A stretch of DNA of 64,000 nucleotides from Deltaproteobacteria bacterium (GTDB lineage Bacteria > Myxococcota_A > Polyangia > Fen-1088): the NCBI GenBank assembly GCA_033763315.1, contig JANRKS010000009.1, forward strand, positions 1 to 64,000, read 5' to 3'. Below are positions 34,179-43,743 of the stretch, piece after piece. Positions within the stretch are counted from its first letter, which is position 1. Each line of letters begins with the position of its first letter. Below the pieces are notes generated by a model. That model saw nothing but the letters and a program-made list of their open reading frames with translations. It ran no database searches and had not been told where the DNA came from. The position numbers and the translations under genes were made by a program.

Positions 34179-37100
34179 TCAGAACTCACCTCGTGTCACT
34201 TGGACGTCTCGTGGAGCGTTTGATCCAGTTTGAACGCGCACGTTAATGGTGGTTCCGGGCTCACCTGACAGCAAGGTGCCAATGGCCCTACCGCCAAGGT
34301 CTTCAACGGGACGCCCATCAATGGCAAGGATCCGGTCGCGTCTGAGAATGCCAGACTTAGATGCAGGGCTGTTTTCGTAAATGCCAGTGACCACGGCGTG
34401 CCCACCCTCGTGAGCGACACGAAGACCGGTTTCAGCCATCGCGCCACCGTTGTCGTCTTTGCTCTTTTGGGCAGGAAACAGTTTTACGTTCCCAACGTCA
34501 ATTTGATCCCCGCTTTGTGGGAGCCAAAGCTCTCGCGAATCCCCGATGTGATGCCTGCTGAGAGGTTCGATAAGTAGCAAGCAAGTTGTCCCAGGCATGC
34601 CAGTAGCGATTGTAAATTTGCCGTCTTGGTCTGTACTCACGGGTTTCGGCGGACGCAAAGCTGCGGCCATGAAATCGGTCGCGTCGATTATGGTTGCTGG
34701 AACCCCAGCTCCGTCGACAGCCGACACCACACGCCCCGTGATCTTCTGTGGTTCTCGCAAATGGATCTCGACGTTGCCTTTCGTCTGATTGGCTTTCACT
34801 TCTATGCCGATGGCTGTGCCGCGGGTCTCGTCAGGCGCAATGGCCAACAAATTAAAGGTTCCTTCCTCAATGCCCGCCATGGCGAAGTGGCCTTGCCGGT
34901 CCGTCACAAGTTGGGAAGCCGTTGGGGTACCTTTGATGGGCGCTGCAAACCCGTGCCGATCGTAAGAGCGCACCGGGCTTGCGAGGATCAAATACTGTTT
35001 CACGGGCAAGCCTTTGGCGGAAACCACTCGTCCCGAAATGCCGCCGCTAGCCTTGAAACGAAGAACGTTGCCTTCGGTACCCGAAGCCACGCCCAGCTTC
35101 TGCACATCGGGGTGATCGGGGTGGCGGCCACATAGAGCGAAATTCCCTGTTGGAAGTTTGTCCACCGTGAAGCGGCCCTCAGTGTCGGTGAGATGCTTGC
35201 CGGCGAAAGCACCGTCACAACTGCCCCAGCCGCCTCGACTCTCTTGTTCATCGATTACGCCGATCTGTGCAGCCGCGACAGGCCGACCACTTACGTCTTG
35301 GGCCACACCTGAGATGGATTTGTTTTGGCGAGTCACGGTCAACGAAAGCTCGGATGGAACCACGCCATCGCCCAGAGTGATCTCCTTGAAACTGCGTGGG
35401 TCGGCCTTGCGAAGCATGAATCCCGAATCGGCCGCTCGAGCATTCACGCTGTAGCGGCCAGCCGAGAGGTTAGGTATCTCAAAACGTCCATTGGCCGACG
35501 TGATCGCGCTCGCCGGCATAAAGCCATCGTCTTTACGCACCTCCACAATGGCTTGCGCGGCTGGCGATTCATCATCCCAACGAACCATGCCCTTCAGGGT
35601 CGCTGCCCCACCAAGGCGCAACTTGACCTCGGTGATCTTGTTGGCACTCAGGACCACGCGGGTCGACGCGCTCGCTCGGCAGGGTTCACCAACTGACAGT
35701 GTCCATCCACATTCCGACGCAACTGAGCAACCGGCGGGACCAGCATTTAGTTTGTGAAAATCGATCACACCATTCCGGTCGGAAGGTGAGTCCCCCTCGC
35801 GGCCGATCATGTATGCACCTATCGAGATAATGAGTGTGCCTTGAGCCCCTTGGACGGGTCTGTCATTTGTATCTGTGACGAGAACGCGCAGGAGTGCTTC
35901 GTTTTGCAGTTGAAGGTCCACTGCGGTGAGTGGTTTATCTATAAGGCTGAGGCTCATGCTTGCAGCTGCAAAGCCATCCAACGTGGCGTTTAGATTCGGC
36001 TGCCCCGGCGATACGCCATCGAGTCTATATCGACCATCCTTGTCGGTGAAGGTCGTAAGTTCATTGGTGCCGGTGATAACCGGAGCAGGGCCGATAGCAA
36101 CCGTAGCTCCCGCCAATGCCCCCCCCTTTGTGTCGGTGATTCTTCCTGCCACCGAGAGCCCTGGACTCATTTCAACGACAACGTCGGCAACGTCACCGAG
36201 TGCCAGCCTTACAGGGAGCGGGGTCCTCCCCACAAGTGATGCGGATTTTGCATCAAGTTGATACTTACCCGGATCGAGGCCGTCCGTTGAAAAGCGGCCC
36301 CTGGCATCCGTGATAACAGCGTTCGATGGCAAACCCAACCCAAACGAATAGAGTGGAGACACAACGACCTGAGCAGCCACCACCGGCGTGCCAGACCCGG
36401 CTTCAATCACCTTGCCGCTGATTCGAGCCGCTGGATTCAAACGGAATATGCGGTGGGTGTCATCGACAAGCGTCAGCCACTCTCGTGAGGTCGCATATCC
36501 ATTGGCGCCTATCTGAAGTTCAGCTGATCCGCGCGATAACCACAACTCGAAATGGCCCGCCGAATCTGCTTGTGTTTCTGCTGTGGCAAACGTGTTCTCG
36601 GCATCTGCACGACTGGCATTCTCCAAGGGTAGAAAGATGCTAGCTGTTGCGGAAGGAATGGCGCCACCTCCAGTGTCCACCACGTTTCCTGAGAGAGTGA
36701 CACCGCCGGCCAATAGTTCGACGACAACGTCTTTAAGGTCCTGAGCAGGATCAAGACTGATGGGAACGCCCTTGGTTTGGTATCCCTTTGCGCTTGCCGC
36801 CATGGCCAACAGCCCTGGACGAACCTTTTCCAGCCGGAAACGACCTTGCGCGTCCGTGAGCTTGGAAACAGAGAACGTTCCTGAAGAAGGGGTAAGAGAC
36901 CTCTTGAGCATCCCTTGCAGCCGCGATGTTACTGTCACCCACGCACCTGCGATGGGCATTCCCTTGGTGTCTGTGACCTTGCCTTCCACCGAGCCATGTT
37001 CGGCGCTTGACGGAAACATGAAAGCGGGGCGAAGCGAAGGACCGTCGTGGTCGTCAGATGCCGCTACTGGAGGTTGCGGATCAGGTTGAGGACCGCGCGT

Positions 37101-37835
37101 ATTGCGAGCAAAGATTAAAAGCCCGGCAAGAAGGGCCGCCCCGATCGCAGCAATGCCAACCTTCGTCATGGCTTTGCTGGCCAAGATTGCCGGACGCACC
37201 ACGGTGCCCACGAGAAAGGTCGAGGGCACCAGCGCCCCCAACCATCGATTGCCTTCTCGCTCTTCCTCAGTCCTTAGGTCATTGCGAAGGCGATCGAGCG
37301 CTTCTTTTAGCTGTCGCCGAACAGTGCCAGCGGGGATGCCGAGACATTGGCCGATCTCGGTGGCGTTCTTGTGCTCATAGAATCGAAGCAGGATGACGTT
37401 CTTGTGCCGCGGCTCAAGCTTTGTCACAAGGCGCGCAATGGCTTGATAGGCTTCGGCGCGCATAGCCAACACATCTGGTGATTCAGTCGCGGTATCTTGT
37501 AGAGCTCCCGCCGCGGCTTCATGTCGCCACCGCCGGTCTTCAGCTCGGTACCGACGCCGAACAAAGTTGTGCACCACCCGCGCCAACCATGGCTGGGCCG
37601 GCAGCGACGGATCGGGCGGTCGACGAATCGTGGCGGTCCACGTCTCCTGAACGGCATCGTCCCCCACGTCGCGTCCACCCGCCAGATGCATCGCCAGTCC
37701 GCGAAGCCATCCCGCATGCTCAAGTAAGTGCTCGATCGCCGTGTTTTCGTACTGTCGATTCACAACCTGTCTATCCCGGCCAACGGGCAAGTGTTCGCGG
37801 AAACAGCCGCCCGCCGACCAGGCCCCATGACGCAA
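34179..37835 (-). CDS. ECF sigma factor fused to a TM, multiple carboxypeptidase-regulatory-like Ig domains and a C-terminal PDZ
   Basis: DDAVQETW; PWLARVVHNF; LRFYEH...GTVRRQL; TM; repeated SG.V.D..G.P...TD..G.F units; YENSPASKSGI..DRILAIDG; true start perhaps GTG 37763. Confidence 0.9.
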   Translation of the reverse strand: MRHGAWSAGGCFREHLPVGRDRQVVNRQYENTAIEHLLEHAGWLRGLAMHLAGGRDVGDDAVQETWTATIRRPPDPSLPAQPWLARVVHNFVRRRYRAEDRRWRHEAAAGALQDTATESPDVLAMRAEAYQAIARLVTKLEPRHKNVILLRFYEHKNATEIGQCLGIPAGTVRRQLKEALDRLRNDLRTEEEREGNRWLGALVPSTFLVGTVVRPAILASKAMTKVGIAAIGAALLAGLLIFARNTRGPQPDPQPPVAASDDHDGPSLRPAFMFPSSAEHGSVEGKVTDTKGMPIAGAWVTVTSRLQGMLKRSLTPSSGTFSVSKLTDAQGRFRLEKVRPGLLAMAASAKGYQTKGVPISLDPAQDLKDVVVELLAGGVTLSGNVVDTGGGAIPSATASIFLPLENASRADAENTFATAETQADSAGHFELWLSRGSAELQIGANGYATSREWLTLVDDTHRIFRLNPAARISGKVIEAGSGTPVVAAQVVVSPLYSFGLGLPSNAVITDARGRFSTDGLDPGKYQLDAKSASLVGRTPLPVRLALGDVADVVVEMSPGLSVAGRITDTKGGALAGATVAIGPAPVITGTNELTTFTDKDGRYRLDGVSPGQPNLNATLDGFAAASMSLSLIDKPLTAVDLQLQNEALLRVLVTDTNDRPVQGAQGTLIISIGAYMIGREGDSPSDRNGVIDFHKLNAGPAGCSVASECGWTLSVGEPCRASASTRVVLSANKITEVKLRLGGAATLKGMVRWDDESPAAQAIVEVRKDDGFMPASAITSANGRFEIPNLSAGRYSVNARAADSGFMLRKADPRSFKEITLGDGVVPSELSLTVTRQNKSISGVAQDVSGRPVAAAQIGVIDEQESRGGWGSCDGAFAGKHLTDTEGRFTVDKLPTGNFALCGRHPDHPDVQKLGVASGTEGNVLRFKASGGISGRVVSAKGLPVKQYLILASPVRSYDRHGFAAPIKGTPTASQLVTDRQGHFAMAGIEEGTFNLLAIAPDETRGTAIGIEVKANQTKGNVEIHLREPQKITGRVVSAVDGAGVPATIIDATDFMAAALRPPKPVSTDQDGKFTIATGMPGTTCLLLIEPLSRHHIGDSRELWLPQSGDQIDVGNVKLFPAQKSKDDNGGAMAETGLRVAHEGGHAVVTGIYENSPASKSGILRRDRILAIDGRPVEDLGGRAIGTLLSGEPGTTINVRVQTGSNAPRDVQVTRGEF

Positions 37836-37877
37836 ACATCAACTACTTGGTCGTTCTCCTGACCCGGGCGATAGCGA

Positions 37878-38678
37878 TCAGGGTCCAACCGCGAACCATG
37901 TGCAGCGGCCATCTATGCAGCCGCATAGCGCTTTTTCGAGACTGTGGTTGTATTCACACGTTCCCACGCCAGTTGGCTCTCGGGTCGTTACGCACTGATT
38001 TCCGCATCCGGCTCGTGCGCATTCCCCATCATGGCTGCAAGCATTTAAGCCTACGCCGATCAGGCTGCCTGGCCGATGGATAGGCGTCCGCTGCAATCCT
38101 GGGCGATAGCCCAGTTGCTCAGCACAATGGGCATGGTAGGGCTGGGGACCACAGGCAGGATCGCCTCCAACACATCGAGGTCCGGGAGGGACGATTTGGC
38201 GGACTTGAACGCGGAGCGTGGCCTCTGATGCACCGAGGGACTCGACGGCGGAAGCCATTGTTCGCGCCAATTCCACGGGACCGATAAGGCCTGATCGCAC
38301 ATGGATCAGAACGCAGACATCGTGGTGCTCCCCTGGACGCTCGCCTTTGCAGGTACAGCCCCCTAGCCCGGATAAATTCGTCCAATGCTCTGGCAATGTC
38401 TTGTAGAGGGCCGTATTAACGCTGCGAAGTTCGGCCTCGACCATTTCTCGCTTCCCTTCGCGGCTGACAAGGTATTCCCCGGGGGTGACACAGGCCCGAA
38501 GGGTAGCGCCGACCTCGTCGATCGCCGCAATAGTTGCCGCATCGTCAGGAACGTGGGCGGCTGGATGTCGCTGAACCGCAGCCGGCCGTGCCGTCGGGCA
38601 AGGTGTCGAAAGGTGGCCACAGTGGCCGCAGAGAAGGAGCAACAACGCTGGGAACATAACAGGCCATGTTCTTCTCAT
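37878..38678 (-). CDS. Exported Cys-rich protein with a C-terminal eight-cysteine-cluster-like domain
   Basis: Signal peptide; CSHDGECARAGCGNQC...TCEY...CGCIDGRCTW. Confidence 0.7.
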   Translation of the reverse strand: MRRTWPVMFPALLLLLCGHCGHLSTPCPTARPAAVQRHPAAHVPDDAATIAAIDEVGATLRACVTPGEYLVSREGKREMVEAELRSVNTALYKTLPEHWTNLSGLGGCTCKGERPGEHHDVCVLIHVRSGLIGPVELARTMASAVESLGASEATLRVQVRQIVPPGPRCVGGDPACGPQPYHAHCAEQLGYRPGLQRTPIHRPGSLIGVGLNACSHDGECARAGCGNQCVTTREPTGVGTCEYNHSLEKALCGCIDGRCTWFAVGP

Positions 38679-39047
38679 TGAGCCTCACTTCGTCCGTCGA
38701 GCGTGATGGCGTAGGAAGCCTCGACATGTTCGCGTCTATGCTTTCGAATTAGAACGGAAGAGTTCATGTTGTCTCGCCAATGTGAAGGAATTAAGCAGCG
38801 GTCGTGAGGTGGGTTAGCCAGCGCGTTCGCCGCCGATCGGGCTGACCTGCCTGGTTTTGTCGGACCACAAACTGGTGAGTCTTGCCGCAAATAGGAAGGA
38901 CAAGCGCGACCGTCAGGGCTAAATTCGATCGACTTGCCCGTCCACCGGACACATCAAACCGCTCGTTGTCGATACTCAACGGGCGGCATCACTGTAAAGG
39001 CTTTGCGCCGCGGTGGTGACCCTCAAGCCTGGCGCTCCCCCAAACGC

Positions 39048-39086
39048 AAAAAAGCCTCCGAGCGCCACGTGGGCTCCCGAAGGCTT
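39048..39086 (-). terminator. Rho-independent terminator of the RRM gene
   Basis: Minus strand aagccttcgggagc...gctcggaggctttttt. Confidence 0.65.
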
Positions 39087-39121
39087 CTTCTCGCGCAGCT
39101 AAAAGCTAACGCGTGTGCTGG

Positions 39122-39508
39122 CTACCAGCGACCGCCGCCGCCACCGCCGCTGCGACCACCGCCGCCGCCGCCGTAACCACCACCGCCACCGCTGCGACCA
39201 CCGCCACCGCCGCCGTAACCACCACCGCCACCGCCGCCACGGCCACCGCCGCCGCCGCTGGAGCGCTCTTGAGCTTCGTTCACGTTCAACGTGCGGCCTT
39301 GGTAGTCGCGGCCGTTGAGGTTGTTGATGGCTGTGCCGGCTTCTGCCTCGGTGCCCATTTCAACAAAGCCGAAGCCGCGTGGCCGGCCGGTTTCGCGATC
39401 CGTCACCAGCTTGCAATCGGCCACGTGGCCTGATTGTGCGAACAAGTCGCGCAGTTCGGACTCGTTAACGTCGAACGACAAATTACCTACGAACAGTCTC
39501 TTACCCAT
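39122..39508 (-). CDS. RRM RNA-binding protein with a Gly-rich tail
   Basis: RNP2 LFVGNL; RNP1 RGFGFVEM; GGGGGY/GGGRS repeats. Confidence 0.95.
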   Translation of the reverse strand: MGKRLFVGNLSFDVNESELRDLFAQSGHVADCKLVTDRETGRPRGFGFVEMGTEAEAGTAINNLNGRDYQGRTLNVNEAQERSSGGGGGRGGGGGGGYGGGGGGRSGGGGGYGGGGGGRSGGGGGGRW

Positions 39509-39623
39509 GTGTCTCGTATCCATCTTGGAATCACGTGTTGTTTGAAATTCAGATGCCCCGTTGATTCCGAAAACGGCTACCCGACTTGTCCCCTACGCCC
39601 TGCCCAAATCTACCCCTGAAAGC

Positions 39624-39648
39624 AAAAAGCCCGGTTTTACAACCGGGC
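39624..39648 (-). terminator. Terminator downstream of tRNA-fMet
   Basis: Minus strand gcccggtt-gtaa-aaccgggc-ttttt. Confidence 0.7.
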
Positions 39649-39682
39649 GATTTTCCTAGGTTCTATTCTATTTTAAGTTATG

Positions 39683-39756
<74 letters not shown>

Positions 39757-39796
39757 TCAGGGTGTCTGTCGGTTGGTGTCCGTCAGAGGTGGGCGT

Positions 39797-39824
39797 ATTT
39801 TGACCACAAAAGCTCCGGGGTCAA
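39797..39824 (-). promoter_or_regulatory. Possible sigma70 promoter of the tRNA
   Basis: TTGACC-16 nt-CAAAAT followed by GC-rich acgccc. Confidence 0.45.
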
Positions 39825-39964
39825 GAGGACTTGTGGGAAAAAATTAACTTGGCCGAAACTCTTTCGCCCCAACCCCGTACTTCCTTACGAACGGGTTACG
39901 CCGCTGGCCACCAAAGCCTCGGCCGCCACCTGAGGTCAACCAACCAGGCAAAGGGAACAGCACC

Positions 39965-40462
39965 ATGGAAACGATCGTAAACTTGTGGGCCAGGGCATTG
40001 CGCGTGGTAAAGCGACTGGAGTTCGTGGGGCCCTTGCTCATGCGCGTGTGCATCGGCGTGCTGTTTGCGCAATCAGGGTGGGGGAAGTTGCACAACATCG
40101 AGCGCACCACCCAGTTCTTCGCCAGCTTGCACATCCCCGCGCCCGGCGTTCAGGCCGTGTTCGTAGCGCTTGTTGAGTTGGTGGGCGGCGTCTTGTTGCT
40201 GGCCGGCCTGGGCACACGCATCGCGGCCGTGTTCCTATCGGGTACCATGGTCGTGGCGTTGTTAACCGCCGTTGAATACGAAGGCTTTGCCGGCTTCCTC
40301 ACCGCCAACGAAACGATCTATCTTGTGGCCCTATGGTGGTTGGCTTTGGCAGGCGCAGGGAAGGCCTCGGTGGATGCTTTGATCGCCAACAGGTTCTCGA
40401 ACAAACTCGCAAAGACGTCTGAAGATGAAGCTGTTCGTGTACGGCACGCTCATGCGGGGTGA
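39965..40462 (+). CDS. DoxX family membrane protein
   Basis: LLMRVCIGVLFAQSGWGKL; ELVGGVLLLAGLGTRIAA; GAGKASVD. Confidence 0.92.
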   Translation: METIVNLWARALRVVKRLEFVGPLLMRVCIGVLFAQSGWGKLHNIERTTQFFASLHIPAPGVQAVFVALVELVGGVLLLAGLGTRIAAVFLSGTMVVALLTAVEYEGFAGFLTANETIYLVALWWLALAGAGKASVDALIANRFSNKLAKTSEDEAVRVRHAHAG

Positions 40463-40820
40463 ATGCAATGAGGAGCGCCTGCGTGGCGCGCGCTTCATTG
40501 GCGTGGATTGCACGCCACCCATTTACTCGCTGGTGAACCTCGGGCCGTATCCGGGGCTGATCGAGGCGGGGACCACCGCTGTGCACGGTGAAGTTTACGA
40601 GATCGACGACGTTCTCCTGGCCGCCTTGGACGCGTTCGAAGAACACCCTGATGTGTATTTGCGCACCATGATCGACCTTGAGTCGCGGCAAAGCGCCTTC
40701 GCTTATGTGCTGCGGCCCGAGCACGCCGCCGCCGCCACGCCCCTGGCGCGGGGTGATTGGCGCCAACGCCCCGCCATCGAAGTGCCCTGGGACGTAGGGC
40801 CCCTTCACGGCCTCAAGTGA
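40425..40820 (+). CDS. Gamma-glutamylcyclotransferase (AIG2-like) family protein
   Basis: LFVYGTLMRG; LGPYPGL; GEVYEI; LDAFE. Confidence 0.92.
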   Translation: MKLFVYGTLMRGECNEERLRGARFIGVDCTPPIYSLVNLGPYPGLIEAGTTAVHGEVYEIDDVLLAALDAFEEHPDVYLRTMIDLESRQSAFAYVLRPEHAAAATPLARGDWRQRPAIEVPWDVGPLHGLK

Positions 40821-40880
40821 GTGACGGGTCGGCTCGCTTTGTGGACGCTGGCGGCGCGTCCGGTTAGCCTGGGTGAACGC

Positions 40881-41198
40881 GTGCCGAAGTTAACGTTTTT
40901 GCCTCAGAACCTTGAAGTGCAATGCGCTGAGGGTGAATCCGTGTTCGACGCCGCCCGCCGATCCGGCATTCCCGTGAGCACCGCGTGCGTGGGCCGTGGC
41001 ACGTGCGGCTTGTGCCGCGTCCGTGTGATGGCGGGCGAAGAAAACCTTTCGGCGTTCACCGAAGCCGAGAAGCGTCATCTGGGGAATGTATATTTTCTCA
41101 CCAAAGAGCGCCTGAGTTGCCAAACGCGGCTCAACGGCGACGCCACCGTTGAAGCGCGAATTCAAGAAGCGCGACCGCTGCCACTGAAGCGAAAATAA
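40881..41198 (+). CDS. 2Fe-2S ferredoxin
   Basis: [10 protein letters not shown]...RLSCQ. Confidence 0.9.
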   Translation: MPKLTFLPQNLEVQCAEGESVFDAARRSGIPVSTACVGRGTCGLCRVRVMAGEENLSAFTEAEKRHLGNVYFLTKERLSCQTRLNGDATVEARIQEARPLPLKRK

Positions 41199-41394
41199 AG
41201 CGCCGCGCCTCACCAGCGTCGCCCACGGGCGCAACCCGGCGTGGGGTTTGGTTTATACGCAAAAGCGTCGATGATTTGACGCAGGCGTTTTCGCTGTTCG
41301 CGGTGAAAACTTATGTTGCGATGTGGGATTTTTTGTTATACCCCGAAGCATGGCTTAGGTGCGCGATTGCGCCGCTGTCAGCAGGACCAACCTC

Positions 41395-42417
41395 ATGAGC
41401 ACACTGCGTTTCGCAACATTCGGCGCCGGCTTCTGGGCGCAATTTCAACTGGCCGCCTGGCGCGAGCTGCCGCAGAACCAATGTGTGGCCATCTCCAATC
41501 CCACGCGGTCCAAAGCCGAGGCCTTGGCAAAGCGGATGGAGATCGCGGGCGTCTATTCGGATCCTGCTGAGCTCTTGGCGAAAGAGACGCTTGATTTCGT
41601 CGACATCATCAGCTCCGTGGAAAGCCACTATATGCTCGCGCAGCTGGCGATTGACAAGCGTCTGCCGGTGATCTGCCAAAAGCCGATGACTGAAACGTTT
41701 GAGCAGGCCGAGCACCTGGTGCGGCTTGCGAAACAGGCGAACGTGCCGCTGTTTGTGCACGAGAATTTTCGTTGGCAAGCGCCCGTGCGCGCGGCCGCGG
41801 CGTTGTTGTCGGCCGGCGCGATCGGCGAGCCTTTCCGCGGTCGCATCGATTTTATCTCGGGCTTCCCTGTGTTCGACAACCAGCCCGCACTCAAATCGAT
41901 GAATCCGTTTATCCTGATGGATGTGGGCACCCACGTGTTGGACGTGGCGCGCTTCTTGTTCGGCGAAGCCAGCAAAGTCTATTGCCAAGCGCAGCAGATT
42001 CACACTGACATCGCCGGTGAAGACGTGGCCACCGTCACGCTTTCTATGAAATCTGGCGCCACAGTGTTGTGCCAAATGGCGTATGCGGGAACCCCCGTTG
42101 AGCGCGAAGCTTTCCCGCAGCCGTTGCTGTTCGTCGAAGGCACCAAAGGAAGCTTGGAATTGGGCCCCGATTGCACCATCCGTTTAACCACCGCCGAAGG
42201 CACCAAAGTCACCAAGCATTTGCCGCCGCGGTATCCATGGCTTGATCCTGCGTATGCCGTGGTTCACGCCAGCATCGTGCCGTGCAATCGCGACATTTTA
42301 AACGCGCTGCTGGGGCAAGCCCCGGCCGAAACCACAGGCGAAGACAACCTCGAAACTTTACGCCTGGTGTTTGCCGCGATCGAATCGGCGCGCAGCGGGC
42401 TTGTTCAGAAAATCTGA
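41395..42417 (+). CDS. apsD: Gfo/Idh/MocA oxidoreductase, probable D-apiose dehydrogenase
   Basis: GAGFW; ICQKP; VHENFRWQ; NQP...DVGTHVLDVARFLFGE; operon context. Confidence 0.8.
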   Translation: MSTLRFATFGAGFWAQFQLAAWRELPQNQCVAISNPTRSKAEALAKRMEIAGVYSDPAELLAKETLDFVDIISSVESHYMLAQLAIDKRLPVICQKPMTETFEQAEHLVRLAKQANVPLFVHENFRWQAPVRAAAALLSAGAIGEPFRGRIDFISGFPVFDNQPALKSMNPFILMDVGTHVLDVARFLFGEASKVYCQAQQIHTDIAGEDVATVTLSMKSGATVLCQMAYAGTPVEREAFPQPLLFVEGTKGSLELGPDCTIRLTTAEGTKVTKHLPPRYPWLDPAYAVVHASIVPCNRDILNALLGQAPAETTGEDNLETLRLVFAAIESARSGLVQKI

Positions 42418-42420
42418 TTC

Positions 42421-43725
42421 ATGGCTGACGATCAACGCATAAAAGCAACGTATCTTATTGAAACGCCGCACCCGCTTGCCTACGCCGCCGAAGTGATGGC
42501 TGGCGAGCAATCCACGGGCACATTCATTCGCGTCCCCGGCGAGACAGATGAGCTGCGCGAAAAGCACGCAGCCCGCATCGAATCTCTCGAGGAGCTGGAG
42601 CCCGCGCATGCGCCCAGTTTGCCGGGATCCAAATCGCCCACCTCTGGCGGTGGCAGCCCCATCTACCGCCGCGGCCGCGTGGTGTTGTCGTTTCCGTTGT
42701 CGAATATGGGGCCTTCTCTGCCGAACGTGGCGTCCACGGTCATGGGTAATCTGTTCGAGCTGAGTCAGTTTTCCGGGCTCAAGTTGCTTGATTTGGATCT
42801 GCCGCACGCCTTCGCCGAAGCCTACGCGGGGCCGCAATTCGGGGTCACTGGCACGCGAAAGTTGGCGGGGGTTTACGATCGCCCGATCATTGGCACCATC
42901 ATCAAACCCAGCGTGGGCCTTTCCCCAGAAGCCACGGCTGAGATGGTGCGCACGTTCGCCAACGTGGGCCTCGACTTTATTAAAGACGACGAGTTGATGG
43001 CCAATGGCCCTCATTCGCCGTTTGAAAAACGCGTGGATGCCGTGATGCGGGTGATCAACGAACACGCTGATCGCACCGGCAAGAAGCTGATGTACGCGTT
43101 CAACCTCACGGACGAAACCGATCAGATGTTGCGCCACCACGATCACGTGGTGAAGCGCGGCGGCACCTGCGTGATGGTGAGCTTGAACAACGTGGGCCTC
43201 GCGGGCGTGGCGCATCTGCGCCGTCATTGCAGCTTGCCCATTCATGGCCACCGCAATGGTTGGGGCATGTTGACGCGATCACCGGCCTTGGGCCTTGAGT
43301 TCACGGCCTATCAGAAGCTCTATCGTTTGGCGGGCGCTGATCACTTGCACTGCAACGGGCTGCGCAACAAATTCTGGGAGCCCGATGATTCTGTTTTAAC
43401 CAGCGCCCGCGCGTGCCTGACAGGCATGTACGGCGCGCGGGGCTTCTTAGATTATGGTCCCGGCAGTTATACGGCGATGCCCGTGTTGTCATCCGCACAG
43501 TGGGCGGGGCAAGCGGTTGATACGTACAACGCCTTGCAGACAACCGACGTCATGTATGTGTGCGGCGGTGGCATCGTTGCACATCCAGGCGGCCCAGCGG
43601 CCGGTGTGCTGAGCGTGCAGCAAGGCTGGGAAGCGGCCATCAAGGGTGTTAGCCTGCAAGAGTACGCGAAAACCCACGTTGAATTGCGGCAAGCGCTGCA
43701 ATCGTACGGCGGCAAGGTCGCTTAG
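42421..43725 (+). CDS. oiaT: RuBisCO-like protein (form IV), probable 3-oxo-isoapionate-4-phosphate transcarboxylase/hydrolase
   Basis: AGEQSTGTF; GTIIKPSVGL; DFIKDDE; IHGHRNG; next to the kinase and oxidoisomerase genes. Confidence 0.8.
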   Translation: MADDQRIKATYLIETPHPLAYAAEVMAGEQSTGTFIRVPGETDELREKHAARIESLEELEPAHAPSLPGSKSPTSGGGSPIYRRGRVVLSFPLSNMGPSLPNVASTVMGNLFELSQFSGLKLLDLDLPHAFAEAYAGPQFGVTGTRKLAGVYDRPIIGTIIKPSVGLSPEATAEMVRTFANVGLDFIKDDELMANGPHSPFEKRVDAVMRVINEHADRTGKKLMYAFNLTDETDQMLRHHDHVVKRGGTCVMVSLNNVGLAGVAHLRRHCSLPIHGHRNGWGMLTRSPALGLEFTAYQKLYRLAGADHLHCNGLRNKFWEPDDSVLTSARACLTGMYGARGFLDYGPGSYTAMPVLSSAQWAGQAVDTYNALQTTDVMYVCGGGIVAHPGGPAAGVLSVQQGWEAAIKGVSLQEYAKTHVELRQALQSYGGKVA

Positions 43726-43743
43726 AAATTTAGGAGCGCGCCC

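Noticed and set aside
33830-34180. Integrase remnant beside the att repeat
   Set aside because: No R-H-R-Y catalytic motifs recognisable in the supplied translations.
39125-39260. ccgccaccg tandem repeats as an array
   Set aside because: They encode the Gly-rich tail of the RRM protein.
42421-43725. True RuBisCO or carbon fixation
   Set aside because: Form IV features and sugar-catabolic context; no small subunit or phosphoribulokinase in the window.
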